DNA of 64,000 nucleotides, taken from IMG/VR virus record IMGVR_UViG_3300009085_000026; one strand, 5' to 3'. The notes beneath the pieces are model-generated. The model saw nothing but the letters and a program-made list of their open reading frames with translations. It was not told where the DNA came from and did no database searches. The stretch comes from an uncultured virus (IMG/VR IMGVR_UViG_3300009085_000026). Its lineage: Duplodnaviria > Heunggongvirae > Uroviricota > Caudoviricetes. The position numbers and the translations under genes were made by a program. This document shows positions 18,738 to 29,000 of the stretch, piece by piece. The stretch's first letter is position 1. Every line of letters begins with the position of its first letter.

Positions 18738-19013
18738 TTAAAGCTTGAGCTCATTTAGAGCTGCTTCAGCTTCCGCAGTTACAAGATCCTTATCATTGGC
18801 AATTTGAATAAGAACCTTAGCAAGTTCACAATAAACTTCGATATTATCGTAGACGGTAAAGCGAGTCCCATCCTTCAACTTCATCTTCCAAGATCCAAAA
18901 ATCTCATTAGATTTCCTTGACGAGAACTGTAGCTTAAATGGACCTACATAACCCATATTCTGAGAGGTCATTACATAGATCTTACCTGTGTTCGCATCCT
19001 TAAGCTTTACCAT
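18738..19013 (-). CDS. hypothetical protein, apparently leaderless
   Basis: ATG 6 nt after the early-motif TATAAT. Confidence 0.65.
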   Translation of the reverse strand: MVKLKDANTGKIYVMTSQNMGYVGPFKLQFSSRKSNEIFGSWKMKLKDGTRFTVYDNIEVYCELAKVLIQIANDKDLVTAEAEAALNELKL

Positions 19014-19019
19014 AGTTTA

Positions 19020-19041
19020 ATTATATATCCTCGTCGAAGCT
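19020..19041 (-). promoter_or_regulatory. putative early promoter AGCTTCGAC-N7-TATAAT
   Basis: Repeated motif. Confidence 0.8.
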
Positions 19042-19470
19042 TTCCTTATCCGTTAAAAATTTCCAAAAGCACTGAAAGAAATCTATGGCTGAAGATACAA
19101 GAATGACCCACAGTTGCCAAAGAAAGTTGAGAAAATGAACGGTCAAGAATACAATAGAAAAAAGAAGATTGAATACCTTATAAATGAATAGACCAACAGT
19201 AAAATGAGTCATCATCTTAGTGGCATATCTATGAAGATTGTTTAGTCGATGCCCATTTATTTTTTTGATGTTTTCCCTATCGATTGAACAGTTTACAAAG
19301 TCTTCCCATAAAGCATCTCCACTTGGATCTATCTTTTTGCCAAGCTTCATAGCATAGATACCATGCCTACCATGCCACAGCCTAGCATAAACGGCTGCAT
19401 CTTCTCCATCTATTGTTTTTCTAAAAATACTTATAAAGTTAGAAACCTCTTTACGCTTCTTATCATTCAT
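19021..19470 (-). CDS. hypothetical membrane protein
   Basis: Hydrophobic C-terminal third. Confidence 0.6.
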   Translation of the reverse strand: MNDKKRKEVSNFISIFRKTIDGEDAAVYARLWHGRHGIYAMKLGKKIDPSGDALWEDFVNCSIDRENIKKINGHRLNNLHRYATKMMTHFTVGLFIYKVFNLLFSIVFLTVHFLNFLWQLWVILVSSAIDFFQCFWKFLTDKESFDEDI

Positions 19471-19533
19471 GTTGCACTCTCAATCTTTAAGGATAGATTA
19501 CGTTCATTGCGTTGTTGGATCTTTTTCTTTCCA

Positions 19534-20055
19534 TTAATAAGTTCCTTTCACACTTAATCTATATCTCCTAGAATATATGGGAGATCTATCGCGATATCCA
19601 AATTTCTCTCTACTAATACTGCCTGCTTCGTCTATGGCAGCCTTTGTATAAAGTCTAGCTGGATCTACTATACAACCAACTCTACCTATATCAAGACGAT
19701 CTGCATCTATACAAGTCCTAATTGTAATATCAGCTTTATGATCACATCCAACTGTATGTTTAGAAAGAGCTTCTGTGAGAAGCTTAAACTCTTCGTCATT
19801 AAGATTAATTTTGTCTCTATGCTTTCTAGCATAGTCAGCTGCTCGAGGTCCATGGCTATAGTCGCTGCCGTTGTTGAGTCTTCGGCAATCATGAAGGAAA
19901 GCAAAATACTGGATCACCTTTTTATTTGCGCCGTTCTTGTCGGCAAGGCGAAAACCATTTTTGTGGACTCTGATCCAGTGGTCAACTCCATGTGTGCAAT
20001 GGGTAGAAAGAGAGAACTGTTTGACCACCATCTCTAAGAATTGTCGATCAGTCAT
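19534..20055 (-). CDS. HD-domain phosphohydrolase
   Basis: HGVDHW, FLHD, HGPRAA, DADRLD. Confidence 0.85.
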   Translation of the reverse strand: MTDRQFLEMVVKQFSLSTHCTHGVDHWIRVHKNGFRLADKNGANKKVIQYFAFLHDCRRLNNGSDYSHGPRAADYARKHRDKINLNDEEFKLLTEALSKHTVGCDHKADITIRTCIDADRLDIGRVGCIVDPARLYTKAAIDEAGSISREKFGYRDRSPIYSRRYRLSVKGTY

Positions 20056-20246
20056 GCCCAGCGAATCTCCTTCGGAGGAAAAAATCCCTTGGCTGTGGTA
20101 TAGAGAAAGTTGGGCATCTTGCGAAGAGCATTGTCAATAAAGAAGTCTCTCTTGTCCTCATTATCGAAAATAGCCATCTTAGAAACCTTCTCGCCCCTTG
20201 GTCCTCTCTCTAACCAGTTAACTGACCATCTCCCTTTCTCTACCAT
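20052..20246 (-). CDS. hypothetical protein
   Basis: GGAGG SD downstream of an early promoter motif. Confidence 0.65.
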   Translation of the reverse strand: MVEKGRWSVNWLERGPRGEKVSKMAIFDNEDKRDFFIDNALRKMPNFLYTTAKGFFPPKEIRWA

Positions 20247-20269
20247 ATTTGATCCCCTCCAATACTTTC

Positions 20270-20291
20270 ATTATATATCCCTGTCGAAGCT
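20270..20291 (-). promoter_or_regulatory. putative early promoter AGCTTCGAC-N7-TATAAT
   Basis: Repeated motif. Confidence 0.8.
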
Positions 20292-20293
20292 TT

Positions 20294-20887
20294 CTATACA
20301 ATACGTAGAGGGGTTTCCCATCTCTTGATTTTCAGTCTATACTTCCTGCGAGGCTTAGAAATTTGTTTTTCAGCCAATTTGTGCAAAGTCAAGCGCTGAT
20401 CTTTATGTGCCCTTATCAAATACAAGTTATCTTTTATAACTCTGAAAGCAATTACATTTTTCGGCAAAGCTGGTTCAACCATGATTATGGGGCTATCTTC
20501 GTTTTCGGGAACTAGTTGGTCTTCCCTCCACTTCTTCAAAATTTCTTCCGCCTGCTTTTTCGCTAAAAGCATTTTCTCATCATCAACTGAATACTCATAA
20601 GCTTTGAGTTTTTCAATGGCCTCAGTAAAGCCTAAATTGACAAAGAACTTTATTTTATGACTTATCGACTTATACTCTTCTACTCTCTTTTCAGTAAATT
20701 GAGAATTAAGCAGATGTCCCTTGGCCTCTTCATATTGATCAGTAAAAGATAAATACTGTGCAAGAAGCTTTTCAGATCCGACTGCATCTGGATGTGTCTT
20801 CATGACGATCTTATGATATGCGCTCTTGAGATCATCAAGAGTCTTAATCTTTCCTTCGTCGATAAGATCGATGAGCGTCTTTGTCAT
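20294..20887 (-). CDS. J-domain (DnaJ-like) protein
   Basis: DLKSAYHKIVMKTHPD with the HPD motif; start set at MTK after GGAG. Confidence 0.75.
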   Translation of the reverse strand: MTKTLIDLIDEGKIKTLDDLKSAYHKIVMKTHPDAVGSEKLLAQYLSFTDQYEEAKGHLLNSQFTEKRVEEYKSISHKIKFFVNLGFTEAIEKLKAYEYSVDDEKMLLAKKQAEEILKKWREDQLVPENEDSPIIMVEPALPKNVIAFRVIKDNLYLIRAHKDQRLTLHKLAEKQISKPRRKYRLKIKRWETPLRIV

Positions 20888-20891
20888 ATAG

Positions 20892-22136
20892 TTAAGCTCC
20901 AATAGAGGTGATGCGAACTCCAAAGTTTTCAGAGTCCACTACTACAATCTCTCCCTTCGCTATTGGCTTCTGGTTGACAAGGATATCCACCTGTTCACCC
21001 TCGTGCTTATCAAGTTCTACGATGGTACCCTCAGCCATTTCCATGACTTCCTTGATTGGCTTCGTAGTTCGTCCAAGCTCAACTGTTATCTCCATATAGA
21101 TGTCATTCGGATTATTGCCAATAGTAGTTGACTTCTCAATAGCATCGAGCTTCTTAGTTATCTGTACAGCCATTTTTCGTCCAACCATTCCCGGACGGCA
21201 ATGGAACTTGTACTGATCATCAACCTTTAAGAAAAGAGGATCTTTGGGTCCAACATTGTTGAGCTTGATTATGTCGTCAACCTTTAAGGAAATGACGTCC
21301 TTCATTGGAATTTCCACCGATCCTACCTCGGCAATTACCTGGACATTAGCAGTAGCAAGTCTCTCTCTAAGCTGAGCGACATTTTCTAGATTTATTTCTT
21401 TTGGTGCAGAGATCATGAACTGAGTAGAAAGCTTAGGGATGATTGACTCGATTGTTACAAATGGGACGCAGAGGTTTATGAAACCCTCAACATCTTCCAT
21501 GCGAGTCTCAAGAGTAATGAAGAAGCACATCTCGTTATTGGGAACTATCTGGGCGAACTGAGGATTAGATTCAAAGCGAGAAAGCCTCGGTCGAAGTTCA
21601 ACTATAGTTTTCCACGCTTCCCTAAGCCCACCGAGAAGCTTAACTACAGTTCCTTCCATGACTGAAGTTTCAATCTCCGTAAGCTCTCTATCCCTTTTTG
21701 ATTGAGCAACTGACTTGCTCACGGAACCCATGAGCCTCTCAATGATGAATGAGGTCAGGTTCGTATCGATTTCCAAAACGATAGCTCCCTTGAGGGGATC
21801 CATTTCAACTATAGCAAGTGTAGTCGATTTATAGGTGGACCTGATAAACTCTTCATAAGCAAGCTGGTCGACTGATGCCACAACGACATGAGCTGGGACA
21901 TGAAGACTTGCCGCTAGAACATTTGAGGTTAAGCGAGCGAAGACCTCGTGCATCATCCTTACTGTCCGAGTCTGCTCTTTCGAAAACTTGTCAGGACGAT
22001 TGAAGTCATAAATCTTGATCTTGCGCTGACGATCTATCTTGCCTGGTACTTCCTCGAGAGTTGGGAGCTCTCCCATAGAAATAGCCTGAAGCATTTGATC
22101 CATCTCTTCGTTTGTAAGAATCTTCGAATCATTCAT
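20892..22136 (-). CDS. fliM: flagellar motor switch protein FliM fused to an extra FliN-like SpoA domain
   Basis: [11 protein letters not shown] (CheY-binding-like), [35 protein letters not shown], then a second SpoA domain ITVELGRT...[16 protein letters not shown]...[16 protein letters not shown]. Confidence 0.92.
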   Translation of the reverse strand: MNDSKILTNEEMDQMLQAISMGELPTLEEVPGKIDRQRKIKIYDFNRPDKFSKEQTRTVRMMHEVFARLTSNVLAASLHVPAHVVVASVDQLAYEEFIRSTYKSTTLAIVEMDPLKGAIVLEIDTNLTSFIIERLMGSVSKSVAQSKRDRELTEIETSVMEGTVVKLLGGLREAWKTIVELRPRLSRFESNPQFAQIVPNNEMCFFITLETRMEDVEGFINLCVPFVTIESIIPKLSTQFMISAPKEINLENVAQLRERLATANVQVIAEVGSVEIPMKDVISLKVDDIIKLNNVGPKDPLFLKVDDQYKFHCRPGMVGRKMAVQITKKLDAIEKSTTIGNNPNDIYMEITVELGRTTKPIKEVMEMAEGTIVELDKHEGEQVDILVNQKPIAKGEIVVVDSENFGVRITSIGA

Positions 22137-22160
22137 ATCATTTGCCCCCCAACAATCCTT

Positions 22161-22182
22161 ATTATACATCTATGTCGAAGCT
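22161..22182 (-). promoter_or_regulatory. putative early promoter upstream of fliM
   Basis: AGCTTCGAC-atagatg-TATAAT. Confidence 0.8.
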
Positions 22183-22211
22183 TTCTATGGTTTTAATTTT
22201 GTATCCTTTTT

Positions 22212-25181
22212 CTAGAGTTCTCCACCTAGAGATTTCCATGTATCTATCCCGAGACCATAAAGGATGGCTTGTTTAAGAGATTTCAATGCGACATTATTTG
22301 GCTTGATCTTAATAATGGGCACTAGATTCATAGCAGCTCTATGAAAATTTTTGTTTAATATATCCCAGTAAATTTCAGTAGCTTTTATGTACTGCTCAGG
22401 AGTTAGAAGATCTACTAGAGATCCACCCCTCAGTGCGATGAATTCCCTCAACATATTTGAAGCTTCTTTATTGTTGTGATTCAATTTCAAGCTTTGCTGA
22501 AGAAGATTGATAACTTTATCATATTTAAAATAGTCTCTTTTATTTGCCCCAAGAGTCTTAGCTTCTTTGAGAAGATCGTTGGACTTAGCAATAACCACTG
22601 GAGAGAGTGGAGCTTCTCTCATACCCAACTTAATTTCTAGATCAAAAAGAGTTTTTTCCACATTGTCTCTTAAATTTTTTGGAATAATTTCAGAATATCT
22701 ATCGAGCGACTTGTAATCCAATAGAGATAAATAAACTGATCTAATCAAATTTGAGTCAGTTAAAGTTTTTGATAAAGAAACCATCTTAGAAATTTGCTTG
22801 ATCAGATTGGCTTTAAAAATGTCGGGACCGTCTTTTATCTCGCTTAGCTTGAGCGACAGCATTCTAGCTCTCTGATAGTCTGGTACAATTGTTAAGATAT
22901 CATTAATTCCTTTTTCTGCCTTATCTACCAAGATCTTAAACTCAGTAGAGTCTTTATTCAACTTTGAGATGGCAAATAAATTAAATTCCATCGAAAAGCA
23001 TAGTCCAGAGACGTCACCGTAGACGGGATCCCAGGAGTTGATAAATCTCCCTCCCAATGTGTTCAAAGAATATCTAGAGTTTTTCAGATAATACTCTATA
23101 TCATAATTTGTTTGCCCAGGAAAATTAAAGTCCCAAATTTCTTTAGCTTTTTCTAAATCTCTAATTGCTTTTGAGAAATCGGCATTTCTATAAAAATCAA
23201 TTCCCTCAGCTACTTTCTTGTCTATATCTGATATGACTTTTGCCACCACAAATTGATTTACTTCTGCTATCAATTTTGGGATAGTGTTGTATTTGGCTCT
23301 AACATCTTTATTTTCCTGCAAATTAAGCGAGCTTCCATAATTGACTAGGGCAGCCTCGTAAGAAGACTTGGATGATTCATAGTCTTTTCTATTTTTATCA
23401 CTAAGAGCTAGAGAATAAGCTCCATCACCCTTCTTTGTTAACTGAGTTGCCAGAAGAACATTGTTTCTTGCTTCTACTAGGCTAACATTAATTTCAAATA
23501 TTGATTTGCTGAGATTACTCTCAACATCTTGAATTTTGATCATAAGAGATACAATATCGGAATTGTTTTTTATATACAAAAAGTCTTGGTCTATTTGAGA
23601 TAGCGTAAAGTTTATATCCGATATGGTATTTTCAATATTTCTTAAAGCCGTCTCATATTCTTTAATTGCCAAATCGGGGTACTTATAGCTCATATTGTTG
23701 CTAAACCCATTTGCCAAATTGAACCCCTTGGAATAAATAGAGGTCACATCATTCATATTTTTTTCAAATATATTAAGCTTATATTTCATCATTGATGCGA
23801 CTAGGGAAACATCTACAGACTCTGTAAATACCAAAAGATTATTAAGGCTATCTCTAATACTTGAGGCTCTAGAATTCATAACTTCATCGGTATAGTCCTT
23901 GCTCCATTCAGAAATCAGTTTTTTAGTAGAAGAATAAATATTATAAAGTTCGGACCTATTAGTAGATATTTTATCTAAATTTTGAGAGTTAGATATAGAG
24001 ACTAAAACGCTCTTTTCGTTTATAACGAATTTTGAAGCCAAAGATTCTTTCCTAGAAAAATCTAGCCAAATATTTACATCTGAGATATATTTCTGTACTT
24101 TTTCACTTTCTACATCTGTAGATAAAATATCCAGTGCTAACAAGCTGTAATTAGTTGTCCTCTTAGCTGAGACTAAAAAATCTTCCACGCTAGTGTTTTT
24201 ATCGAAAAAGTTATGAGTTTCATTATAAGAATTAGTAGCGATTATAGCTATACTATCAAATACTTCCAGAGAGACTTTCATCCTTGGCGTCTTTATTGCC
24301 TCTAAGATGCCTTCCGTTTTTCCATCCCTACCGAATACCAATTTTTCCACAAAATAAAGGTATATGTCGTTTGGATCTTCTCCATTCTTAGAATCAATAG
24401 AGTTGTTAATCTCTCTTACTTTGAGAGCTAGCTCGTAAAGCGCCTGCTCTCTGTTTTCTTGATCCTTGAGAAAGTGAAGTGAAGATACAAAATTATTTCT
24501 ATCTTGCTCTACCGCAAATCTTTCGATGAGATAATTGTAAGCTACAGAGAGGGAATTAATTTCCAATTCGCTATTAGCTGCTTCTAAAGATATTTTCTTA
24601 ACAGAAGAGATAACAGAAAATATCTGATCTTTTTGAAGATCAGAGTAATTCTCTTTTTCAAAAGATACCTTATATAAGGATAGCAACTCAGAATACTTAG
24701 CGATAGCATCAAAGTATCTCTTCTCTTCTAGAAGATTTGCTATCAAGTCCATATTTTCTTTAAACTTCTTTTTGTTGGACATTCTATAGAAGGACTTATT
24801 TACTATAGTTATAGTGTTTTTGATTGAACTATCTGGGAATGGGAAAATTTCATTTAGCTTTGCTAATGACTTTAAAGCTTCTACTTCATCTTCTTCTTTT
24901 ATTTTTTGTGTAGCCACCCCTACTTCACTTGAAAAAGTTTTATAAACATCTAAGATTTCGTTTGTTATTTTATCTACTTCTGGTCGCAAATCTGGAAAAT
25001 TATTCATCATTTTAATAGCTAAATTGAGAGCTTCAGAGTAATGCTTGGTTACCACAAGATACTGAGCTTGCTTTAGCTCTTTTTCCCCATTGCCTTTACT
25101 AAAAGCAGATAATGGAAAAAAGAACAAAAAGAAAAGAGCTAGGATGAATATTTTAGAAAAGGCAAATTTGTTGATGTTCAT
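22212..25181 (-). CDS. large exported alpha-helical/TPR-like protein
   Basis: N-terminal signal peptide; TPR-like segments such as EKRYFDAIAKY and NADFSKAIRDLEKA. Confidence 0.7.
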   Translation of the reverse strand: MNINKFAFSKIFILALFFLFFFPLSAFSKGNGEKELKQAQYLVVTKHYSEALNLAIKMMNNFPDLRPEVDKITNEILDVYKTFSSEVGVATQKIKEEDEVEALKSLAKLNEIFPFPDSSIKNTITIVNKSFYRMSNKKKFKENMDLIANLLEEKRYFDAIAKYSELLSLYKVSFEKENYSDLQKDQIFSVISSVKKISLEAANSELEINSLSVAYNYLIERFAVEQDRNNFVSSLHFLKDQENREQALYELALKVREINNSIDSKNGEDPNDIYLYFVEKLVFGRDGKTEGILEAIKTPRMKVSLEVFDSIAIIATNSYNETHNFFDKNTSVEDFLVSAKRTTNYSLLALDILSTDVESEKVQKYISDVNIWLDFSRKESLASKFVINEKSVLVSISNSQNLDKISTNRSELYNIYSSTKKLISEWSKDYTDEVMNSRASSIRDSLNNLLVFTESVDVSLVASMMKYKLNIFEKNMNDVTSIYSKGFNLANGFSNNMSYKYPDLAIKEYETALRNIENTISDINFTLSQIDQDFLYIKNNSDIVSLMIKIQDVESNLSKSIFEINVSLVEARNNVLLATQLTKKGDGAYSLALSDKNRKDYESSKSSYEAALVNYGSSLNLQENKDVRAKYNTIPKLIAEVNQFVVAKVISDIDKKVAEGIDFYRNADFSKAIRDLEKAKEIWDFNFPGQTNYDIEYYLKNSRYSLNTLGGRFINSWDPVYGDVSGLCFSMEFNLFAISKLNKDSTEFKILVDKAEKGINDILTIVPDYQRARMLSLKLSEIKDGPDIFKANLIKQISKMVSLSKTLTDSNLIRSVYLSLLDYKSLDRYSEIIPKNLRDNVEKTLFDLEIKLGMREAPLSPVVIAKSNDLLKEAKTLGANKRDYFKYDKVINLLQQSLKLNHNNKEASNMLREFIALRGGSLVDLLTPEQYIKATEIYWDILNKNFHRAAMNLVPIIKIKPNNVALKSLKQAILYGLGIDTWKSLGGEL

Positions 25182-25200
25182 ACTATCTCCTCCGAGTATA

Positions 25201-25222
25201 ATTATACCTCAGAGTCGAAGCT
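25201..25222 (-). promoter_or_regulatory. putative early promoter
   Basis: AGCTTCGAC-tctgagg-TATAAT. Confidence 0.8.
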
Positions 25223-25247
25223 TTTATTTAAATCAAACTATATATGC

Positions 25248-25985
25248 TTATATTTCTATTTTGATAAACTTTTTTGCATTAGGGAACGAGCCATTGTAGG
25301 ATTTTCCAACTTTGCCAAAGTTGCTATGTACGTGGCCAAACAGGTGGAGTCTCGGTCTCTTCATATAGATCAAGTTCTTTAGTGGCTTGCTACCTATATT
25401 TACTATTTTATCGGTTAATCCAAAGGTAGAATCGAGAATTCCATGAGGAGGAGAATGAGTTATTAGAATAGTGTTGTTATCAATAAGGGGAGCAATCTTT
25501 TGAAGATCTTCTTCTTGTTCTAGCTCGTTCTTTTCTAGACTAGTCCATTGATAGCCAACGAAATTGTATTTGCCGAAATTGTATTTCTTGTTGTGAGCGT
25601 TGTAAATGTTAGCGCCATTCTTCCAAAGGCAATAATCGTGATTTCCCCTTACTACAAAGATGGGCTTCTTTGCTGTTGCAAGAATAGCTCTTATTTGAGC
25701 TTCTCTAATATCAAGGGCTCTAAACAAGATTCCTTCTCTGTTGTCTATTTTCTTGTGGATTCTTTTAAGTGTTTCGTCTGCATCTTCGTCAGCAATCGGC
25801 AAATCCTGAAGGAAGTCGTTCACTGTAGTTGGCATCATTTTCTTGATTTCGCCCTCAGAGATATAGTCTTCCATCAAGTCGCCAGCGATTACGCCAACAT
25901 CATAATCCCTTTCTTTGAGGAGTTTGGCAAACCACTCATAAGCTTTGATGTAGCTGTGTAGATCTGCCGTGAACAAGATCTTCAT
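25248..25985 (-). CDS. calcineurin-like metallophosphoesterase, apparently leaderless
   Basis: DLH, GDL, GNHD, THSPP, GHVH motifs. Confidence 0.9.
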   Translation of the reverse strand: MKILFTADLHSYIKAYEWFAKLLKERDYDVGVIAGDLMEDYISEGEIKKMMPTTVNDFLQDLPIADEDADETLKRIHKKIDNREGILFRALDIREAQIRAILATAKKPIFVVRGNHDYCLWKNGANIYNAHNKKYNFGKYNFVGYQWTSLEKNELEQEEDLQKIAPLIDNNTILITHSPPHGILDSTFGLTDKIVNIGSKPLKNLIYMKRPRLHLFGHVHSNFGKVGKSYNGSFPNAKKFIKIEI

Positions 25986-25991
25986 GCTTAC

Positions 25992-26013
25992 ATTATAAAT
26001 CAGCGTCGAAGCT
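25992..26013 (-). promoter_or_regulatory. putative early promoter
   Basis: AGCTTCGAC-gctgatt-TATAAT, 6 nt before the ATG. Confidence 0.8.
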
Positions 26014-26014
26014 T

Positions 26015-26044
26015 ACAAAAAAGCTCCTCAAAAAGAGGAGCTTT
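26015..26044 (-). terminator. Rho-independent terminator, near-identical to 34063-34090
   Basis: AAGCTCCTC-loop-GAGGAGCTT followed by a T run on the minus strand. Confidence 0.9.
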
Positions 26045-26068
26045 AAATAATTAAAGTTATTTTAATTT

Positions 26069-29000
26069 TTACTGAGGAATGCAATTGGGCACTTTAGGAC
26101 TGCCTCCATTATTTCCACCATGACCCCATTCGCTAGGGTTGTCCATGGGATTACTTTCTCTTAGATCCATTGATTCCCAATCAATATTGATCATGCCAAT
26201 ATTTTTGCTCCAAATGTTTTCCATCATTGCCCGAAGACTTTCATAATCTTTTCTAGTCATAGAACCTTGGCCGATCTCAAACAAATAGCCCTCGTATAAT
26301 AAGTCTAAAAAATTATATGCCGCCGTCGGGCCTCTAGCAGGAGTAAGACCAAGTTCATGTTCATTTATTTCGCATTCATATATGATACCGTCTGGACCAG
26401 CCATCCAATTAAGAAACAAGGCGCCATAGATCGGGTCACTTCTAATTGGAATACCCAAATTGGACCAATAATGTTTAGAGCCACTAGAAGAATAATCCCA
26501 ATGCATTCCCGCTATAAAGCCATTGAGAGTTTTATCTCCGAGATCTACTTTACCAATTATATCGCTTATAGAAAAATGACAATAAAAATCACAATTAAAT
26601 GGATCACTTGATCTTTTTAGCCACATCCTGCCATTACCATCCTCAATCGCTAAAGAGTGATCTGGATGCGTATGCCAAGTTCCAATATATTCATAATTCT
26701 TGGAACATCCCCTATCGGTCCACTCTTCCGACCATGTCCAGGCCGAGACACCTGCTACACAAAACGTCGGACCTTGTTCAACTATGGGAGTCGAGAAGTA
26801 TCTGTTGGTTTCCTTATTGTAAAAAATATCTCCGGTCGTTTCAAAATTTCCAGATAAACCCGTAATTAGAGCTATAGACATTGCATCTCTAACGGCTGCT
26901 TGAGGAGTTTTAAATTCATCTCCTGGAGCTTTACCATCAAAATCCATTAAATTGACGGGATCGTTTAAACAATAATTATAAGAAGATCCTACTTTATCTT
27001 CTGTTAAAAATCTATGAATAATTGGATCATAATATCTAGCGTTAAAATAGTATAGTCCAGATTTATCTAACTCTTTATCAGTAAATCTAGCTTTCCCACT
27101 GTCCCCGGAGGTCAATTCTCCCCAAGTATCATAGGTAAAGCTGTTTTCTATGTTGCCCGAAGAATCCGTTATGTTTTTTCTAGAAAATAGATTATCCACA
27201 TAGAAATACTTTAATTCTTCACTTGGAGGGTCATAAGTTTTAATGAAGGCCCCCATAGTAGCTTTTCCAGTTAGTAGATTAAATACTGATTCTATCAAAG
27301 TGGAATCTTCATATGTTTCTTTTAAAAGTATTTGATCTCCGGAATATAAATAATATATTGTTTGAGCATTACCAGATCTAGCATATTCCTCTTTTTTTAT
27401 TCTTAAGCCGGAAATATTATACGAATATTTATCTTTATTACCGCCAATATACTCTATCTCTCTTAATCTATTTAGTCCATCATGAGACATTTTATTAAAT
27501 CTATCAGAAACTTTAAATACATTACCTTCGTTGTCATAAGTTATATCCCAGTTTGTAGAATTAAAAGAATCTTGAAAGTTTCTTAATCTTTTTTGATTCT
27601 TATAAATAGAATTTTTTGTATCGCTATCTAACAATTCATAGGTCCAAGTTTTGGTTCCAACAGTTAGCAAATTAGAAACTTTATCGTAATCATAAGTCTT
27701 GCTACCTAAGCTTTCACTATAGAGTCTGTTCATCCCGTCATAAGCATAATTATTTTCTGATCCTAAGTTGTCGTCTCGAGTTATTATATTGCCTAAAAAG
27801 TTTTTGACAAAAGTCATATCTGATATGTTAGCATCACTATTGTTAATAGAAGATAATCTCGCGAATTCGTCATAATCAAAAGAAATTGTTGTACCCGATC
27901 CATATTCAATATAATTCAAACTTCCATCAAATCCTAAAACATTTTTGAATATCGGAGACGAACCATCCGAGTTTGCAGAAAGAATAGAAAAATTATAATT
28001 GTAAACATCGGGATTTGGGTGCCACTGAGAATTTAAATATAAAGTTTTTGTCCAAGGAGAAGCTCCAGAGCCAATCACCGTTATACTTAGTATTGTCCCG
28101 TCGGCGCTATAAGCTTTTTGAACTCTCATCGTTTTATCATCAATTGTTTGAGCAAATTCAGTTACGGATCCAAAATTGTTATATTTGCTCGAGTTTAAAA
28201 CTATAGAAGTTAAACCCTCTTTTTCTTCTGAAGTTGCTATGCCAAATTGACAATATTTCTGTACAATTTCTATATCAGGAGTTCCGTGTGTAATTTGTTT
28301 TTCTACCCCATCTCTGTCATTGTATTCATAAGTTGTTAAAATTCCTCTTCTGTTTGTATTAGCAACATTTGATCCGTTTTTATTAAAATTGTTTATCAAC
28401 GTAGTTCCATCTGAATAGACTACTTTTTCTAGGGAACCTGCCGAAGAAAACATATAGGAAACAAATTCACCAACATTATTTGTCCCATTTGGTTGTTGAA
28501 AGCTTATTAACCTTCCAGAATAATCATAAACATTAGTAGTTATCAACTCATCACCTGTTGCATTTTTGTCAGTCCAACAGTGAGTAGTTTTAGCTCCTCT
28601 ACCCAACCAATCGCTAATCTGTTTGGTTTGTATATAGTTTGTGGCATCTTCATATGATTTGTTGATAACATAATTTTCATCATCTTTATAATAACTATTA
28701 GAAATGTGTCTTTCCGTGCCATTTCCGTCTATTATGTTGGTATAATAAGAGTCAACCACTCTTCCAAGGTTATCATAAACGTTTCGTGTTAAACCATAAT
28801 GATTTGTTTCATAAGAGCTTGGAGAGGCTCCGGTAGCTTCATTAAATACTCTATTAGCTATTGGCTTGTTGAATACGGGTTCATAGTCAGTTTCCGAAAT
28901 TCCTATTAGATAAGCTGTTACTCCTCCTTGGCTATCTTCCCAATCTATTCCAGCATTTTCGATATTTGGCTTCCACTTATAAACAGATGTTGGCCTATAT

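Noticed and set aside
20892..22136. fliM region as host chromosomal contamination
   Set aside because: It carries the same phage promoter motif as its neighbours, lacks flanking flagellar genes and has an extra fused domain; read-level confirmation is still advisable.
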